Sequence record: LC667451.1
DNA: 64,000 nucleotides
Reading direction: 5' to 3' (one strand)
Positions within the stretch are counted from its first letter, which is position 1. The number at the start of each line of letters is the position of its first letter. Below the pieces are notes generated by a model, which had not been told where the DNA came from, searched no databases, and saw nothing but the letters and a program-made list of their open reading frames with translations. Shown here one piece after another: positions 38,392 to 47,204 of the stretch. The translations under genes were made by a program, and so were the position numbers.

Positions 38392-38930
38392 TACGACACC
38401 GCCTTCAGACGCTGGATGGCGTCCGTTGCCAGCGATACGATGGTCTTGCCCTCGAGCGTATTCACCGTGTACTCGCTGGTGTGGTAAAACTGGCTGTCGT
38501 CCTCACGCGTCTTCTGCCAGAGCGCATCATCCAGGACGCGCAAGGCGCGTGCGTCCGAGTCACCCCCTGCCTGGATGTGCAGATAAGCCGCCCAGACCAT
38601 GTCCCCCAGATTGACAGTCAGGCCATTCCAGCGCGCAGTCGACGCCAATTCCACTTTGCGGCCGATCGTGGTGCCACGCCAGACCTTCGTGTTCGCATCG
38701 ACCACATCGAGCGCGCGATCCAGCGGATTGAACGAACCGCCAGGGCGGAATTCGTCGGAGATGATCAGCTGGTAGAACGCATCATCTTCGAAGAAGCGAT
38801 TGCTGCGCACGCGTTCGATCTGATGCACGATCTGGATCGGGCCGCGATGTTCGTTGTAGGTCGCATCGAAGAAGCCACCGAGCAGCATCTCGATGTTGTT
38901 AGCGATCGCGGCGAGTTTCAGCAGTTTCAT
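38391..38930 (-). CDS. Hypothetical protein
   Basis: 179-aa ORF; ATGA overlap. Confidence 0.6.
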   Translation of the reverse strand: MKLLKLAAIANNIEMLLGGFFDATYNEHRGPIQIVHQIERVRSNRFFEDDAFYQLIISDEFRPGGSFNPLDRALDVVDANTKVWRGTTIGRKVELASTARWNGLTVNLGDMVWAAYLHIQAGGDSDARALRVLDDALWQKTREDDSQFYHTSEYTVNTLEGKTIVSLATDAIQRLKAVS

Positions 38931-39355
38931 TTCAGGTCCTTGTTTTCTTCAGGGTCAGCAATAAAGTCGGCGTACAGCAGGGAGGCATCTGCTTCGGGGT
39001 TGTTCCCGTAGAGACGATCGAAGAGTCCGCGCTCATTCAACGTCAGAAAGCAAAGGCCCGTTGTGGGGGCTTCAGAGGTGTTAGGTTGGATCGCTGCGCA
39101 TTCCCACAGGTAGCCTCGGGCCCACTCCTCGGAGCCGCCTACGCGGGCTATACCAGGCACCAGCGTGTTCTGCATGCGCACGTCTGAAGTGCGCCAACCA
39201 CCGGCCGCCATCACAGCGACCGATTCGATAAAGAGTTTGAGCTTCTTGCGCAGCGGATTGCTGGACGCCTTACGCTCCAAGAGCTTGACGAACTCATTGG
39301 GGTCCGTCACGGTGATCTTCTTATCTTCTTTGTAGTGGAGGTTGGGTAGCGACAT
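38927..39355 (-). CDS. Hypothetical protein
   Basis: 142-aa ORF; AAGGA RBS. Confidence 0.6.
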   Translation of the reverse strand: MSLPNLHYKEDKKITVTDPNEFVKLLERKASSNPLRKKLKLFIESVAVMAAGGWRTSDVRMQNTLVPGIARVGGSEEWARGYLWECAAIQPNTSEAPTTGLCFLTLNERGLFDRLYGNNPEADASLLYADFIADPEENKDLK

Positions 39356-39383
39356 TGTAACGTCCTTGTAAGAATCGAAGGGG

Positions 39384-39412
39384 CATAGGGCCAGGAGTTT
39401 CCCCCTGGCCCC
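39384..39412. terminator. Hairpin after helicase
   Basis: CATA then GGGCCAGG...CCTGGCCC. Confidence 0.6.
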
Positions 39413-39434
39413 GTTCCCTGATTGCCTGTTGTTG

Positions 39435-40994
39435 TTAGATCAGTATCCCGATCTGATCGCTGCGATAGCCGATCATCAATGGTTCCAGCAGCTTCTTGCG
39501 ATGCTCATGGTACTCGATGTGCTTCGGGAAGTCTTGGCAGCTTAACCATACGAAGATGGGAGCACGCCCGTCATCCAGTTTGCGCAGACGACCCAGACCC
39601 TGCACGTTCGACTGTGAAGACTTGACAGCCGTGGTGAGAATCGTGGTCGTCAATCCGGGGACGTCAACAGCTGTACCCGCGGACATGAGGGTCGTACACC
39701 GGATGTCTGGCAACATCAGGTTTTCGTACGGGTCCTCTTCGACGTACCGCATCACCGTCTTATCAGGATAGTTGCGCTTGAACCACTCAGTCGCATGCGT
39801 ACACATGGCGATCGACGCGAAGAACAAGACGCACTTGTCTCCAGGGCGATAGAAATCGCTCTTCAGATAAGTCCCACGCATCAACATGTTGATCATCTGC
39901 ATGTAGTTCTCGGTCATCCGAGCAGACTTCATGATCGACTGTTCCAACACATTGTGCGAGTACGAAGACCGACCACGCGCGGTGATACGGATCTTCGTTG
40001 GATCGGAGAAGCTATAGAAAACGGCACGACCAGTGATGTACTTGTCGTAAGGCAAACCTTGAAAGCGGTCCTTCCCAGGATACGCGATGTCGGCCATCCG
40101 TTTCTTGAAATCATCGTCCGGAATCAGCGTGGCTGAAAGCGAGACAGACTCTTCGACGTGCGTGATGCAGTCGAACTTGAAGTTCAGGAGGAAGTCCTGG
40201 TGCACCTCGTCGATGATCCGAGTCCGTGCCTTCAAGTGCTGAAAGAGTTGCCAAGGATAGCAGGCGTAGCCCAACTCCAAGGTCTCTTCACGCTTCTGCT
40301 CGTACAGCTTCAGCCAGTTCTGCGCTGTCTTGTTACTGATGATGACCCACTGGTAGGACGGGGTGAGCTCCGTCGCAGCCAGTTCCAGCAAGCCCATCAG
40401 TTCCTCGGAGCCCTGAGCGACGATCACGTCGTCGATTTCAAGCTCGAAGGTTTTCCGTAAGTCGATCAGCCATTTCTCAATGTACATGGGTCGAATTACC
40501 AGCACGCCAATCCCGCGCTTGTTGGTTTGCGACTTCATGGTACAGAACGACTTACCTTTACCCGTCTGAAGATCAACGAACTTCGAGATAGGTGTCGGAG
40601 CATCGAGATACGCAATCACCGGTTCCTGGTAATCACGCACTGTCCACTCCGGCTTGATACGCATGAACACTTCCGGCGTGGGCTGAAGAGGGTGCTCGAT
40701 CCACTCCACCAACTCGCCTTTGAGCATTCGCAACTCAAGATGAGCCTTGAAGTCCTTTAGCAAGTTGATGTGGAATCGAAACTCCTCGACGGGTTCACCT
40801 GGGCCACGGCGACATGACACCAGGAAGGCCTTGTCCTTATCCGGCACCTTGCGGAACCGGTTCGTACCAGGCACTTTCTCCCATTTCTCGGGTACGTATC
40901 TCCAGGCAAACCCCCCAACAATCGCGCGTGCGCGATCGGTCATCCACGTACACGCGAAGTTGTGGGAAAAGACTTCTATTCGTAACTCTGCCAT
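39435..40994 (-). CDS. Superfamily 2 DExH helicase (gp75-like)
   Basis: Walker A QTGKGKS, Walker B IIDEVH, motif III SAT, motif VI QGLGRLR. Confidence 0.9.
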   Translation of the reverse strand: MAELRIEVFSHNFACTWMTDRARAIVGGFAWRYVPEKWEKVPGTNRFRKVPDKDKAFLVSCRRGPGEPVEEFRFHINLLKDFKAHLELRMLKGELVEWIEHPLQPTPEVFMRIKPEWTVRDYQEPVIAYLDAPTPISKFVDLQTGKGKSFCTMKSQTNKRGIGVLVIRPMYIEKWLIDLRKTFELEIDDVIVAQGSEELMGLLELAATELTPSYQWVIISNKTAQNWLKLYEQKREETLELGYACYPWQLFQHLKARTRIIDEVHQDFLLNFKFDCITHVEESVSLSATLIPDDDFKKRMADIAYPGKDRFQGLPYDKYITGRAVFYSFSDPTKIRITARGRSSYSHNVLEQSIMKSARMTENYMQMINMLMRGTYLKSDFYRPGDKCVLFFASIAMCTHATEWFKRNYPDKTVMRYVEEDPYENLMLPDIRCTTLMSAGTAVDVPGLTTTILTTAVKSSQSNVQGLGRLRKLDDGRAPIFVWLSCQDFPKHIEYHEHRKKLLEPLMIGYRSDQIGILI

Positions 40995-41016
40995 TCGACA
41001 TTACCCCGTAAGACCT

Positions 41017-43062
41017 TCACACCCCAGTGCCGAGCACCTCCTGCGGCAGAAGGATTGCGTCCATGGGATGGTCCGGTCGATTCTTCTTCGTGTAGCTTTC
41101 CGGGGAGATGAAGACATCGTAATGGCCTTCGTACGCCATCGTTGCCGACAGCGAACGACGATCCATCGTCATGTCCATCACACCCAGGCCGCGATCCGTC
41201 CACGGCTTGGGCAGTCGATAGTCATCATTTTCAGCACTGATGATCATCGCCCCATACAGTACAACCTCAACCACGGCCAAATTCACCGTCAGCTTGTCGT
41301 TCACGAGGTTATACAACTCCACGAGGAACGCATCAACCGAGGCCGCCATCTTGTCCCGCTCTTCCATCTGCTTCTTGCTCGACTCCAGCATGGATGCGAT
41401 GTCTTTCGAGTGATCGCTCATGTTGAAGTGAATCAGCGGCAGCGTCATCACAGGTTCCGTAAAGTCCCAACCCGCCATGTCGATGACGTAGTCGTTGTTG
41501 GCATTGAAATCCCAACCGACCTTACGGATGTGGCGCAGCATCGTGTACGTCATCGATGCCAGTCGACGGTTCTGGAAAGTCTTCACCCGTTCAGGCGGAT
41601 ACTCCACATTGCCGTCCTTCACAATCACCGCGACTTCCCGCATTTCCGAGACTTGCCGGATATTCAGGTCATCGACGTTGTGGTTGGCCATGACGTCTGT
41701 GATGTTCGGCGCATAGATCGCCGGAATCACGAGCTTCACGTCCTTGCCTTTCAGGCGATCCGCTAACAGGTACGACATCCCGTCGTTCGAGATCCGGAAG
41801 AGCTTGCGCTCCTCGGGCGTTAGCGTAATCGGCTCGACCGCCGCCGAGCTATCCAAGTGCTTGACTGACAGCACCGACTGCGAGGACTTCTGCGCCATGC
41901 TCGTACAGCACATGTGGCCGATATTGGTTCGATCGTCCAGCACCGAGAGGCTCAGTTCGCCGAAACACGTCGAACACACGCCATACGGGTCCGGATGCGC
42001 ACAATGAATCACCGAGCGCAGCTTCACATACTTGCCGATCAGTTCGGTTTCGTGGCCGGTGATCGTCTTGAGCTTGCCAGTTGCCTCGTCCAGATAGTGC
42101 TTGCCTTGCAGCAGCGGTAGGTCGCCTGCGAAGGAGATGTCGCCTTCGTCGTTGAACTCCACCCCTCGCACTTGCCAGCTGAGGTATTCCTTCGTTCCGC
42201 AATCGGTATCCTGATGCAGGTTGCGCAGGGTCTGACACATCAACTGCAGACGCCGTGAGAAATACTCGGCTTCTTGCAGCGGCGACTTCGAGAACTGCAG
42301 TGCCTTCGCAGCGGACCGCGACTCGATCACCGAATCGTACAGCGTTCGGATACCCTCGACGTAACCAGGGATGATCGGGAAACGGAACTGATTCGAGTTG
42401 ATGTCGGTCAGATAGCCGCGTGGTCCGATGGACTGCTGTACCTGGTTCTGGTTCACCAGCTTCGAACGCAGCGCCAAGCTCACCGGATTGCGCGGCAGAT
42501 CGATACCGTTGCCCAACACCTCGTCGATGATCGCGTAGGCTTCCTTGATCATGCGCGCGCCTTCGTCCGGTGACTTGTGGATCGCCGGTGCGACTGCTTC
42601 CTTCATCGCAATGATCTTCGGATGGTCCAGCACTTCCAGCCAATCGAGAATATCCATCGATGCGACGTACTCTTCGCAACGTGTGGACATTTCGTTGTAG
42701 ATCTTGTTGGTCAGCGCATAGACCTTCGACGCCAGGACATCGCGTGTCACCTGGTGACGATACGCCTCATACACCGACCACATACAGTTGCCCAGCAGGT
42801 CCAAGTGCGTCCCGGAACCCAGCCGTTTCTTGCCCAGAATCGTGCGCACGTGGTGCTTCTTCAGCAGAGGCGTGTTCGGGTACTGCCTGTGGAAATCCCA
42901 GGCGTAACTCGAATACACGGTCTCACGCCAATTGGTTTCCACTTCCTCGTTATCGTCGAAGATCAAGGTGAACGTGCCTGTGAGCACATCCCACATGTCT
43001 TCTGACGGAATGTCGAGGAGTTTGCGCGCCCGAATCCGCACTTGCTGCGTTTTCATGAGCAT
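41017..43062 (-). CDS. Non-virion RNA polymerase beta' C-terminal subunit (gp74-like)
   Basis: DCGT, LRSVIHC...GVCSTCFG zinc site, SQSVLSVKH; synteny. Confidence 0.88.
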   Translation of the reverse strand: MLMKTQQVRIRARKLLDIPSEDMWDVLTGTFTLIFDDNEEVETNWRETVYSSYAWDFHRQYPNTPLLKKHHVRTILGKKRLGSGTHLDLLGNCMWSVYEAYRHQVTRDVLASKVYALTNKIYNEMSTRCEEYVASMDILDWLEVLDHPKIIAMKEAVAPAIHKSPDEGARMIKEAYAIIDEVLGNGIDLPRNPVSLALRSKLVNQNQVQQSIGPRGYLTDINSNQFRFPIIPGYVEGIRTLYDSVIESRSAAKALQFSKSPLQEAEYFSRRLQLMCQTLRNLHQDTDCGTKEYLSWQVRGVEFNDEGDISFAGDLPLLQGKHYLDEATGKLKTITGHETELIGKYVKLRSVIHCAHPDPYGVCSTCFGELSLSVLDDRTNIGHMCCTSMAQKSSQSVLSVKHLDSSAAVEPITLTPEERKLFRISNDGMSYLLADRLKGKDVKLVIPAIYAPNITDVMANHNVDDLNIRQVSEMREVAVIVKDGNVEYPPERVKTFQNRRLASMTYTMLRHIRKVGWDFNANNDYVIDMAGWDFTEPVMTLPLIHFNMSDHSKDIASMLESSKKQMEERDKMAASVDAFLVELYNLVNDKLTVNLAVVEVVLYGAMIISAENDDYRLPKPWTDRGLGVMDMTMDRRSLSATMAYEGHYDVFISPESYTKKNRPDHPMDAILLPQEVLGTGV

Positions 43063-43114
43063 AGTGCTCTCCTTGTTTCATCAGGGGATACCCGCCAGTA
43101 TCCCCTGTCCGGCG

Positions 43115-45310
43115 CTAGGCCATCTTCTGTTTCGGGAAGTACTGATCGTTGGCTGGCTCGTAGACAAACTTCCAGCCTCCGCACTGGGCGACATGTCGGA
43201 CCAATTGCAGCGGCTTGGAGCCACCGAGCGGAACGACATTGCGATCGACCACGGAATGCAACGCCGTGGGCTTCTCGGCACGTAGCAACGTTTCCAGGAT
43301 ATGCTTGTGCGTGAACGGGTTGTTGTTCCGGTCGAGGATGTCGGCCATGATCTTCGGACCCGCGTACGACACACCGATGCGAACTTCTGCTTCCCCCCAC
43401 GCCCGGATGGCTTGTGTGCGGGTCGGTGCTGCATACTTGTCGGCGTTGGTAACTTGCGAGAGCACGCCAAAGTGCTGCAGCTTCCCGGACGATACAGCTG
43501 TCCAGTCGTCTGCGATCTTCTCGAGGATGATGATGTACACCGAGCCAATCCGCACGTTGTTCTTCGTGACAGACCGTACGCCCGAGTTGCCTATGTACGT
43601 CACCGGACCCCACACCGGCGGATACTTCTCCTGGATCTCCCGCACCATCGGGATATACGCAGGATCGTTTTCCGGCGGCATGAACAGATAGAGTCCATTC
43701 CTGCAGCTGTGGATGACGCTGGCCAGATGTTCCGCCCGAGATCGGGTGTACTGTCCGGTTCGGAACCAGCTTGCCTGGAGCGGTGAACAGATCTGATAGA
43801 AGCCGAGCAGATACTCCCACACCTCGTCCATGAGTTGGGGATTCTCGTTTTCCAGCTGGGCCAGCATCTTCGTCAAGCGCCATTCCGGCTCATCACGATC
43901 GATGCGCAACATACCCACGATCCGCTTCATCACATCGCGACCCGCCGCATTAATAAACGGCTCGTACAGACGACCGTAGTTCATGCGGTTCACCGTCGAT
44001 TCACCCGACACGATGATGTCAGCGCGATTGCCTTCTTCATCCACCGGCATTTCATGCGGTTCGCAGATCTTGCAGATCACGCCCTTGCCGCCGAAGCAGT
44101 CCGTCAGCTTAAAGCCGATGGTCGGGGTGATTTCGTACTCGATCACGAATTCCACACGCCAATCGTCCAACGGCGCTTGGCGATACAGCTTCTTGATGGA
44201 CTCGCTCGGCGACTGGCTGTTCTTGCCGACCACACTGATGGCCTCCACCACCAGTCGATGGAACTCCGGCGTCAAACGCGGTGCTACACCCGGATGCTTG
44301 CTCTTCAGGCGGTTGTACGTCTGCAGGATTTCCTGATAGAACTCGCGCCGAGCGCGATCATAACGCAGCGGTTGCTCATCCATGCCTTCAGGAATCGCCG
44401 AACCTTGGCTGTTCAGGTCGTGATGCACCCGAATATCCACCACCTTGCCGCCTGTGGGCACATACGTCGCCTTGTCGAACATGAAATCCGGCTGACGCAA
44501 CGCCGCACCGCTTTGCTCCACCACGGCCAGACTTTCGTCATAGCTACGCAGCATCATGAGCAGGCCATCTTCACGCACGATGTCGCCGATGTCCGGGAAC
44601 GCCTTGTATTTCTTGTGGTCGCCATAGAGGTTGAGCGGGAACCGCTTCGAACCCCATTCGACTACGCGCGTTTCGTACGTCTTGAACGTAAACCGGTCCA
44701 GAACGTCGCGGGAAATCACGATACCGTCTTCAGCCACGCCCGGAATGGACATGTACGCAACGTTGCATTGCGCGCCGTACTTGTAACCGCCATCGGGAGT
44801 GACCGCGGGCGAATCGAGGAAAATCTCGCCCTCCGGAATTTCCATGTCCTTGACGAGCTTGGCTCGGCCGGACCGAGGTACATACGGGAAGCCAAAGTAC
44901 TGGTGCTGAGAGCAGTACTTCGGGAGATTGATCATGCCAATCTCTTTGTTATCGCTGCGCTCGTAGATCACGATCTGCTGAGGATTTTGTTCCCCATGCT
45001 CGATGATCGAATCCATGCCATACGACGTTCGATACCGATCGATGACAGCGCGCACCTGGCCCGTATGGGGCATCTTCACGTTCCAGGTATATTTGCCAAA
45101 CTCCCGCTCCATGCCGGTCTGACAGAAGCGCTCGGTCGATCCCTTAATCACCAGGGTCTGACCGATGTGGCTGGAGAACATCTGCTCACGCGATGCAGAG
45201 TTCGCACCTTTCCAGGGATTCAGGCCGCACACACCCAACAGTTGCCGCAACAGTTGGTTCGGTTCCGGAATCGGCTGGTAGACACGCCTCTCAGCTGATT
45301 GAACACTCAT
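43115..45310 (-). CDS. Non-virion RNA polymerase beta C-terminal subunit (gp71-73-like), uninterrupted
   Basis: SASREQMFSSH, EDGIVIS, GFKLTDCFGGKGV, RMNYGRLYE, WGEAE; likely start ATG 45310 behind GAGG. Confidence 0.92.
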   Translation of the reverse strand: MSVQSAERRVYQPIPEPNQLLRQLLGVCGLNPWKGANSASREQMFSSHIGQTLVIKGSTERFCQTGMEREFGKYTWNVKMPHTGQVRAVIDRYRTSYGMDSIIEHGEQNPQQIVIYERSDNKEIGMINLPKYCSQHQYFGFPYVPRSGRAKLVKDMEIPEGEIFLDSPAVTPDGGYKYGAQCNVAYMSIPGVAEDGIVISRDVLDRFTFKTYETRVVEWGSKRFPLNLYGDHKKYKAFPDIGDIVREDGLLMMLRSYDESLAVVEQSGAALRQPDFMFDKATYVPTGGKVVDIRVHHDLNSQGSAIPEGMDEQPLRYDRARREFYQEILQTYNRLKSKHPGVAPRLTPEFHRLVVEAISVVGKNSQSPSESIKKLYRQAPLDDWRVEFVIEYEITPTIGFKLTDCFGGKGVICKICEPHEMPVDEEGNRADIIVSGESTVNRMNYGRLYEPFINAAGRDVMKRIVGMLRIDRDEPEWRLTKMLAQLENENPQLMDEVWEYLLGFYQICSPLQASWFRTGQYTRSRAEHLASVIHSCRNGLYLFMPPENDPAYIPMVREIQEKYPPVWGPVTYIGNSGVRSVTKNNVRIGSVYIIILEKIADDWTAVSSGKLQHFGVLSQVTNADKYAAPTRTQAIRAWGEAEVRIGVSYAGPKIMADILDRNNNPFTHKHILETLLRAEKPTALHSVVDRNVVPLGGSKPLQLVRHVAQCGGWKFVYEPANDQYFPKQKMA

Positions 45311-45417
45311 CGTTCTTTCCTCGTTGTAACGACTACTTTTATTGTCCCACATCACTGCCACTAATTCACTCTTTCGAATGAACTCGCAGAAATCATCTGA
45401 GACACTCCGTACTACCT

Positions 45418-45440
45418 ATGTTAGTAATATGTGATTGAAT
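45418..45440 (-). promoter_or_regulatory. Early promoter for nvRNAP beta
   Basis: Minus strand ATTCAATCACATATTACTAACAT. Confidence 0.7.
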
Positions 45441-45458
45441 TCTTTTTAGGCGGAATCG

Positions 45459-45797
45459 ATGGATATTAACAAGCTTTCGGTTGGATTGGACAACTTGGAT
45501 TACTACAGTGATGGTTTCCGCAATCTGCTGGAGGATCACTACTCCTGGTTGAAGACACAGTCGAGCACCAAGACTGTACCCATTGACGCTTATCTGGCGG
45601 TGCGCTACGAGTTTGACTTCTATGGGCTCTTGCAGAATCAGAACGTACCCACAGAGTTGCACTGGATCGTCATGCGTCTGACAGGTTACACTTCACCCGA
45701 TCAGATGACACGCGATCTTCAGTCTTACGTCTTGCCCGATCCCTCGGTGATCAGTCGCTTGTATTCGACGTATAGCGCAAAGACTGGCGTGAGCTAG
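45459..45797 (+). CDS. Conserved small protein (gp70-like), antisense to the early block
   Basis: 112 aa; YEFDFYGLL...HWIVMRL; possibly baseplate-wedge-like. Confidence 0.6.
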   Translation: MDINKLSVGLDNLDYYSDGFRNLLEDHYSWLKTQSSTKTVPIDAYLAVRYEFDFYGLLQNQNVPTELHWIVMRLTGYTSPDQMTRDLQSYVLPDPSVISRLYSTYSAKTGVS

Positions 45798-45823
45798 GCT
45801 CACTATACATGACGTGGATGAAT

Positions 45824-45863
45824 AAAAAAAAAGAAGGAGGGGCGCTAAGCCTCTCCTTCTATG
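45824..45863. terminator. Bidirectional terminator
   Basis: A-tract, AGAAGGAGGGGC...GCCTCTCCTTCT, TATG. Confidence 0.75.
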
Positions 45864-45889
45864 CCGTACTCTGACTGTCCTAGCTCAGA

Positions 45890-47167
45890 TTACAGACGGT
45901 ACTGTTGCGACTGCTGACCCCAGCTGTTGCCGCCCTGGTTACCCCAGCCGCCACCGCCACCGCCCCATGCGCCACCGCCCCAGGACTGCTGGACCGGTGC
46001 CGACGGGTTGGACAGCGAGGCACGTTGCGGTGCTTGCTGCCAGGACTGGCCGGGATTCCAGCCATGCGAACCGCCCCAACCCACGGCTTGTTGCAGTGCC
46101 GGTTTCGACCGCACGAGCGATTCGAAGTCGGTACCACCACCAGGGCCGCGCGAAACGGGTGCCGGGCTCGAAGCCGGTTGCGGTGCCGTCTGACCCCAGC
46201 TAACCTGGGCACGCGCGGGTTCCGGCGGCTTCACCGTGCCAAAGCTCACACCAGGCGTCTGGTTCTTCGACTGACCTTCGGCTTCCGTACCGGCGACCGA
46301 ACCTTCGTTACCCGCTTGCATCGGCGTGGAACGAATCTCGGGCAGCAGTTCGTCGAGGTTGTCGAGTTGTTCGCTCCAGCCCGATTCGATCGTCAGGTTA
46401 TCCGGCAGCACGCCTTCGAAACGGCTGAGCAGATCGTTCAGCGGCGCCGCCACCGCGCGCACGGAAAGCATCAGGGCTTCGATGGACGGTGCAATCGTGC
46501 TATTCGAGCCACGGTTGTACACGCCCGCGATGTCCTGTTCCGGCAGGATGTAGTCGAGCAGGCCCGCCAGTGCTTCACGGTCCTTCACGCGCAGCTTCAC
46601 GCCATGCAGTTCGCCGTCCGACTTCTTCAGATCGTTGTAGAACGGGAAATGCACCACACCTACACGCGAATAGCGTTTGTCGCCGACCGTGCCGCCACGT
46701 TTGATGAACATCGAGACGAACAGCTTCTGGTGTGCAGCGGCCGGAAGCGAGTCCATGATCTTCTTCAGCGCGATCAGCGTCTTCTCGTCCGCGTTCTTGA
46801 CTTTCGACAGGAACTCGGACTGTTCGGGCGTGAGCTTGTGCTGTTCAGCCTGGCTGGTGCCCAGCGTGAGCAGCATCGTGACGATCGAGCCGATCACCAC
46901 GTTCAGGCGCGCATTGATTGCCAGGCGAAAGCGCTCGAACACTTCCGATTCGCCCCGCATCACGTTTTCCACCAGCGGATGGAAGGCGATCTTCGTGTCC
47001 GGGTTCGGCGCACGTTGATGTTCCGGCGTGGGCAACACCAGACGGCGACCCTTGAGCGTCATCGGCTTGGGGTCCTTGCTCGTAGCGACCGATACACAAC
47101 CATCGCTCGTGACGATCAGGCCTGCCGCGCCCAGAATCGACTCGTAGAAATCCAACATTTTACTCAT
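45890..47167 (-). CDS. picA: PicA/Imp1-like phage-nucleus protein import factor (gp69-like)
   Basis: LDFYESIL...GRRLVLPT N-terminus as recalled for this family; position between gp68-like and gp70-like genes. Confidence 0.7.
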   Translation of the reverse strand: MSKMLDFYESILGAAGLIVTSDGCVSVATSKDPKPMTLKGRRLVLPTPEHQRAPNPDTKIAFHPLVENVMRGESEVFERFRLAINARLNVVIGSIVTMLLTLGTSQAEQHKLTPEQSEFLSKVKNADEKTLIALKKIMDSLPAAAHQKLFVSMFIKRGGTVGDKRYSRVGVVHFPFYNDLKKSDGELHGVKLRVKDREALAGLLDYILPEQDIAGVYNRGSNSTIAPSIEALMLSVRAVAAPLNDLLSRFEGVLPDNLTIESGWSEQLDNLDELLPEIRSTPMQAGNEGSVAGTEAEGQSKNQTPGVSFGTVKPPEPARAQVSWGQTAPQPASSPAPVSRGPGGGTDFESLVRSKPALQQAVGWGGSHGWNPGQSWQQAPQRASLSNPSAPVQQSWGGGAWGGGGGGWGNQGGNSWGQQSQQYRL

Positions 47168-47204
47168 TATTTTCTCCTACCCCAGTCGCCTGGGGCGTCT
47201 GATG

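Noticed and set aside
43115-45310. Group I intron in nvRNAP beta, as in phiKZ gp71-73
   Set aside because: The reading frame is continuous with all motifs in order; no insertion.
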